Shown here one piece after another: positions 59,475 to 64,000 of a stretch of DNA of 64,000 bases. The position numbers were made by a program, and so were the translations under genes. This stretch comes from an uncultured Methanosarcinaceae archaeon (GTDB taxonomy: Archaea > Halobacteriota > Methanosarcinia > Methanosarcinales > Methanosarcinaceae). Location: contig CAWJYV010000010.1 of the NCBI GenBank assembly GCA_963847185.1, positions 224,001 to 288,000 on the forward strand. Direction: 5' to 3'. Under the pieces are notes generated by a model. It had not been told where the DNA came from, did not search any database, and saw nothing but the letters and a program-made list of their open reading frames with translations. Numbering within the stretch: the first letter of the stretch is position 1; each line of letters begins with the position of its first letter.

Positions 59475-60298
59475 GTATCCTCTTCAAATTGAGTGGAAAG
59501 CTCTCACTTTCAACTTAATGGCTTTTTTCTCCGAGCAGTTGAACCAGAGACGGCATTCCAAATGTGTTTCCGACTCTCTCACATATATACTCATATGCAC
59601 TTGCACCCAGTTTCTTTGCTGTCTGGACAATCGTCGTAAATGTATCATTTGCCTTTGTTCCTTTCTCTGTTATGGTTTGAAGGCTCACATCTCTTTTCCT
59701 GACCTTTGCCCTCGCCGCTAGTTCCGCTGCATAACAATGCAGCGGAACATCTGGCAAAACCACTACCTTCAATAAATGTTCCTTTTTCTCTTTCGTCTGC
59801 CGATTCTTTTATCCAGCTGTTCATATCCTGTCATAGTCGAAAATTCTCCCATCATGAATCCAGCAAAGAGCATGGTGATATGCAATTCACTTGAATTGAC
59901 GTGCATCATCACTCAGAAGCGTGGTAACCACAGGTATGTCTGTACTTTGATGATGTGCCGCAATTGCACAGGCTTCAAGAACTTTCTTCTTGGAGCCACG
60001 AATATTAGGTTTGGTTTGTTCACCTTTGAGTAGGTTGATTTCGTCTCGAAGTTTTTGGTTATCTGCCTTGATAAATTCAATCTCCTCATTCTGTTTTTCA
60101 ATGATATAAAACAGAATGCGAAAAGCTGTGGCATATATTTCATCCTTAATTTCATCAGGATTGATGTCCAGTAAAGCCAGTAATTGTTTTAAAGCTTCGA
60201 ATTTTCCATTTTTTACTCCAAAATAGGATAAGGGGAAATGGAACAACTATTATATTTTTCATGTAATTGAAAAAAAATATCTAATTTGAAGAGGATAC
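59475..60298 (-). mobile_element. Internally deleted IS element (IS66-like) with intact terminal inverted repeats
   Basis: GTATCCTCTTCAAATT ... AATTTGAAGAGGATAC. Transposase fragments are the N-terminal coiled coil (LRDEINLLKGEQTKP), LLSDDARQF and AELAARAKVRKRDVS. Confidence 0.8.
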
Positions 60299-60339
60299 AG
60301 TGAAATCCTTTAATACCTTGTCAAGGGTTTAACACGAGC

Positions 60340-60873
60340 ATGAAGAAAATTGTTTTGTTGCGTCTGGGGCACCGCCCTGAAAGGGATAAAAGGATCACCA
60401 CACATGTGGGCTTAACAGCCCGGCTCCTTGGCGCAGACGGTATGCTCCTTGCCTCTGATGACTCAGGTATAGTGCAGACTATTGAGGATGTTGTCAGGCG
60501 CTGGGGCGGGAATTTTTATGTAAAAAATAATGTCAATTTTAAGCAGGAAATCAGGGAATGGAAAGCTGAAGGGGGAAAAGTCTGCCACCTTTCCATGTAC
60601 GGAGTCAATCTTCCAGATGTTACTGCTGAACTTAAAAAGTGCGAAAAACTTATGATTGTCGTAGGTGCGGAGAAAGTTCCTCCGGAAATTTACCAGCTTG
60701 CAGACTGGAACGTTGCTGTTGGCAGTCAGCCCCATTCCGAAGTTGCGGCTGTCGCGATTACTATGGACAGAATTGCAGATGCTGAACCGCTCGAAAAGGA
60801 ATTCACTAATGCTGAACTGACAATTGTTCCTACCGAAAGAGGCAAACAGGTTATAGAAAATATGAAGGATTAA
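60340..60873 (+). CDS. trm56: tRNA (cytidine(56)-2'-O)-methyltransferase aTrm56
   Basis: LRLGHRPERDKRITTHVGLTAR, HLSMYG, VGAEKVP and QPHSEVAA. Confidence 0.95.
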   Translation: MKKIVLLRLGHRPERDKRITTHVGLTARLLGADGMLLASDDSGIVQTIEDVVRRWGGNFYVKNNVNFKQEIREWKAEGGKVCHLSMYGVNLPDVTAELKKCEKLMIVVGAEKVPPEIYQLADWNVAVGSQPHSEVAAVAITMDRIADAEPLEKEFTNAELTIVPTERGKQVIENMKD

Positions 60874-61159
60874 GCCTGCTCCTTTTTACTCCTCTTCACA
60901 GCCCGTATTCTTTAATTTTTCAGGGTTTCTTATGTTGACACAATTCCATAATTTAGTGATTTCTCATTTTTTCCTTCCTTAAAACTTCTCTTTTCTCTGC
61001 GAAGTGCTTAAATAAACTTTAATAATCTTTGAGAAGCAATTTATTTGGCATTCCTGCCAAAGAATTCTTTCATTGATGTTTTCATGATTAATTTTCCAAT
61101 AGTACGCTTACACTTTTCATCAATAGCACTGTTAGCGATCTTCAACCTACACTGAATAC

Positions 61160-61463
61160 CTTACTGATATTGCAAGAACCTGAAACAGTATGGAATGCCT
61201 TTAATTCCGGAACAGATTTCATTGCTTAATAACACAAATGAAAATCTTCTTCTGAGGAAAGGAGTGAAATCAGAAAATATCAGGGACGAGAATTCAATGT
61301 TCAAGAACAATAAAGCTTTTTGTGGAGAATAATGGCAAAATCTTTGCATGTGGAACTTGTCTGAAAACAAGGAAATGGAAGGAAGAGAGTTTGTCCGATC
61401 TCAACCATGCGTGATATGCTCCATATAGTTGAAGAATCTGACAAAATTTTGACATTTGGTTAA
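61160..61463 (+). pseudogene. Degraded DsrE family gene
   Basis: Fragments across frames: EPETVWNAF, LLRKGV, ENNGKIFACGTCLK and CPISTMRDMLHIVEESDKILTFG*. Confidence 0.8.
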
Positions 61464-61549
61464 GCCAATTCCCAAATTTATTTTTTAAAAACAAAAGCAT
61501 CCAATTACGGGAAAACAGCGATAAGGCATTCGTCAACATCGAGTAAGTA

Positions 61550-62542
61550 TTATTTCTTCAATCCTTTTATCAGCTCTGCGACGTTACCCATAAATTCTAG
61601 GCCAGCGTTTCTCCCTGTCCCTGAATAGATAGGCTCCACTCTAGGACCATTTTTCCGTAATAAAGTTACATTGATACTGGAATGTAGCGACTCGTTGACC
61701 TTTGCCGTCATATCTCCCAGTCTTGGTGCTGGTAGCTCGACACCTTCCGACCTATCCGCATCGATGTCGAGCCGGTATACCTTATTTTCCAGCCGGACCC
61801 GAATGTTATCGTCAGTTACATCGAGACAGGTGACCCTTGTTCCGGAATAAGTAGTAAATTTGTACAATTTTTTGTCATATAAGAAGCCAAAGATATAACC
61901 TGTGAAATAATTGCCTAGCCAAGGAATCTTCGCGATCGAGCCCGAAAGTGATACCCCCTCTCGATCAAAATGGTTTGTCTGCATCCAAATCCAAGAGGAA
62001 GGCATTGAAGATCCCCAATCCTTTTCTATGTAGCCCCTACCACAGCTGAGGTCCGTCCTTATGCTATCAGCTTCAATGAACCCCTCTATGGTATGGTCCA
62101 TACTCAGTATGCCGTGATAGCATTCCATACCTGGAACGAATGCATACCAGCCCATCACTCCAGGAGACAGCAATTTCACGGGCCAGGGATGCGTGTCCTT
62201 GAAACTGATTTGGGCAGATATTCGGTCTCCACCCTGCTCAATATTGAGACTCATCTCGTGAATACTGAACGAAGATCTGCCAATCGTAAGCTCGAAATTC
62301 TTATCACTCGTCTTAAGCTCATCAAGAGGATACCTAAAATAATGCATTCGCTTCTCTCTGGCATCCAGGAACATAACAAATGCATGGGACTTCAACGGAT
62401 CTCTGGTTATAGAGACACCTGGGATAACAGCATAGGCATTCTTTTCGCTGCGATCCACCATCTTAAAATACCAACCCTCAAAAAAATCCTTCTTCTTTTT
62501 CCTGCCGTGGAATATTTCTGGCTTCCAGATATCGAACATCAT
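61550..62542 (-). CDS. Tocopherol cyclase family protein
   Basis: FFEGWYFK, MECYHGILSM and GYIEKDWGSSMPSSWIWMQ. Confidence 0.88.
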   Translation of the reverse strand: MMFDIWKPEIFHGRKKKKDFFEGWYFKMVDRSEKNAYAVIPGVSITRDPLKSHAFVMFLDAREKRMHYFRYPLDELKTSDKNFELTIGRSSFSIHEMSLNIEQGGDRISAQISFKDTHPWPVKLLSPGVMGWYAFVPGMECYHGILSMDHTIEGFIEADSIRTDLSCGRGYIEKDWGSSMPSSWIWMQTNHFDREGVSLSGSIAKIPWLGNYFTGYIFGFLYDKKLYKFTTYSGTRVTCLDVTDDNIRVRLENKVYRLDIDADRSEGVELPAPRLGDMTAKVNESLHSSINVTLLRKNGPRVEPIYSGTGRNAGLEFMGNVAELIKGLKK

Positions 62543-63405
62543 ATATGGCAGGAAGGGTATCGTTAAAAACCTTATTGATAATCTCTGCTCTCGTACGCCT
62601 AAATAAGTACGGAAACCTAATGTACGCAAGAAAAGGAGATAGGGATATATCCAGGTTTACATCCCTCCGCTCCTAGTAATAGCTTCAATTACTTCAAATC
62701 GGTAGCAAATTAATTCCTCTTCCCTCTCCATCAACTCTTCAATCAATCGCAAATTGTCCGTTTTAGGATTCCACTTTGCAATTTTCGATTCTTGAAGTTT
62801 GACCACGGTTTTCGTCAATTACTTTAATTGTTTATGGGTTTAGTGTCAAGCCCGTACACACTTTCTTGTTTGAAACTATTTTTCCTCCCATAATAATATC
62901 CATCTTAGATGTAGGGTTGAATGTAAAAGTGCATACAGTTGAAGTCTGCGTCTAATACAGGGTTTCCACCCAGACCAAAGGCGGTAGGTTCAGAGAGCTC
63001 ATTCTCATAGGTATTCGTGCGTTCAAATTGCATACTCGTACCGATATAAGTAATTACTATTCTTTACTCAGATCATTTGTTTTCAAATAAACATTAGAAT
63101 AATGACGAAAATATGAAATCCATTTATATTTGAAAATATATATAAATATAAACTAAACTTATTAAATCTTAAATATGATTATAGATAACTAATAACCACT
63201 ATTGTCTATAATAAACTCTAGAATATGCAAAATAGCATCAGGAACTGCCCCTTATTTTAATATTATGTATGGAGAAAGTGTAAATCACAATTACTTCTTT
63301 TACTTGCTGATAAATAATGAGAGTATTCAATTTACGAAGATTGGAGAGAATGTTCAAAAGTTCATAAAAAATAGGGCTAGTTGCTGAATTAAAGAGGACA
63401 ATTGA

Positions 63406-64000
63406 ATGATTGGAGAAACGAGCACAGGATTAAAAGAAAAATCTCTGGAGAAAGCTCCAACTGGCATAAATGGTCTGGATGATATCACTTACGGAGGGCT
63501 ACCGAAAGGCCGTCCGACTTTGGTAACAGGAAGTGCGGGCTCAGGAAAGACCCTTATGTCTATGGAGTTCCTCGTCAAGGGAGCCCAAAAGTACTACGAG
63601 CCAGGGGTCTTCATGGCTTTTGAGGAAACAGCTGAGGATCTGACAAAGAATTTTGCCTCTCTAGGATTCGATCTGGATGAACTGGAAACCAGGAACAAGC
63701 TTGTAGTCGATTATGTCTATATTGATAAAAGCGAAATTGAGGAAACTGGGGAGTATGATCTGGAAGGCCTTTTTATAAGGCTTGGGTTAGCTATAGATTC
63801 CATAGGTGCCAAACGCGTGGTTTTGGATACATTAGAAGTCCTGTTCTCAGGATTTCAGAACGAGGCTATACTGCGCTCTGAGCTACGCAGGCTCTTCCGC
63901 TGGCTGAAAGAAAAGGGTGTGACAGCTATAGTTACCGGTGAACGGGGAGAAGCTTCTCTTACAAGATACGGATTAGAGGAGTATGTCGCAGACTGTGTTA
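63406..64000 (+). CDS. kaiC: Circadian clock protein KaiC (N-terminal part; runs off window)
   Basis: Manual translation: PTGINGLDDITYGGLPKGRPTLVTGSAGSGKT, EPGVFMAFEE, GEYDLEGLFIRL, RVVLDTLE, LEEYVADCV. Confidence 0.93.
   Translation, partial: MIGETSTGLKEKSLEKAPTGINGLDDITYGGLPKGRPTLVTGSAGSGKTLMSMEFLVKGAQKYYEPGVFMAFEETAEDLTKNFASLGFDLDELETRNKLVVDYVYIDKSEIEETGEYDLEGLFIRLGLAIDSIGAKRVVLDTLEVLFSGFQNEAILRSELRRLFRWLKEKGVTAIVTGERGEASLTRYGLEEYVADCV

Noticed and set aside
62657-63033. Two short minus-strand ORFs (53 aa and 42 aa) and an IS605-end-like motif near 62965-62990
   Set aside because: No RBS or recognisable motif; similarity to IS ends is too weak.

Overview
A 64 kb chromosomal window from a methanogenic archaeon, very probably Methanosarcina. 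This rests on a Cam-type gamma carbonic anhydrase, an Isf flavoprotein, a TIGR04083-type radical SAM enzyme, archaeal Trm56, and long AT-rich intergenic regions full of short repeats and MITE-like elements. It holds about 50 mostly stand-alone accessory and housekeeping genes. Two genes run off the window edges and are missing from the ORF track: a secreted papain-like C1A protease at the left and KaiC at the right. There are also several pseudogenes or frameshifts, an internally deleted IS66-like element and three families of MITE-like repeats. No rRNA, tRNA or true CRISPR-cas locus was found. The most unusual signal is non-coding. Two intergenic regions (about 17.8-18.5 kb and 31.4-31.95 kb) each follow a small unannotated ORF and fold into strings of hairpins, with one hairpin repeated three times. 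In the first region the stem variation is consistently G-U compatible on the + strand, and both regions share a GGA(A)nUGGC motif. They are candidate multivalent regulatory or sponge RNAs. All protein family calls come from motif recognition by eye, not from database searches.
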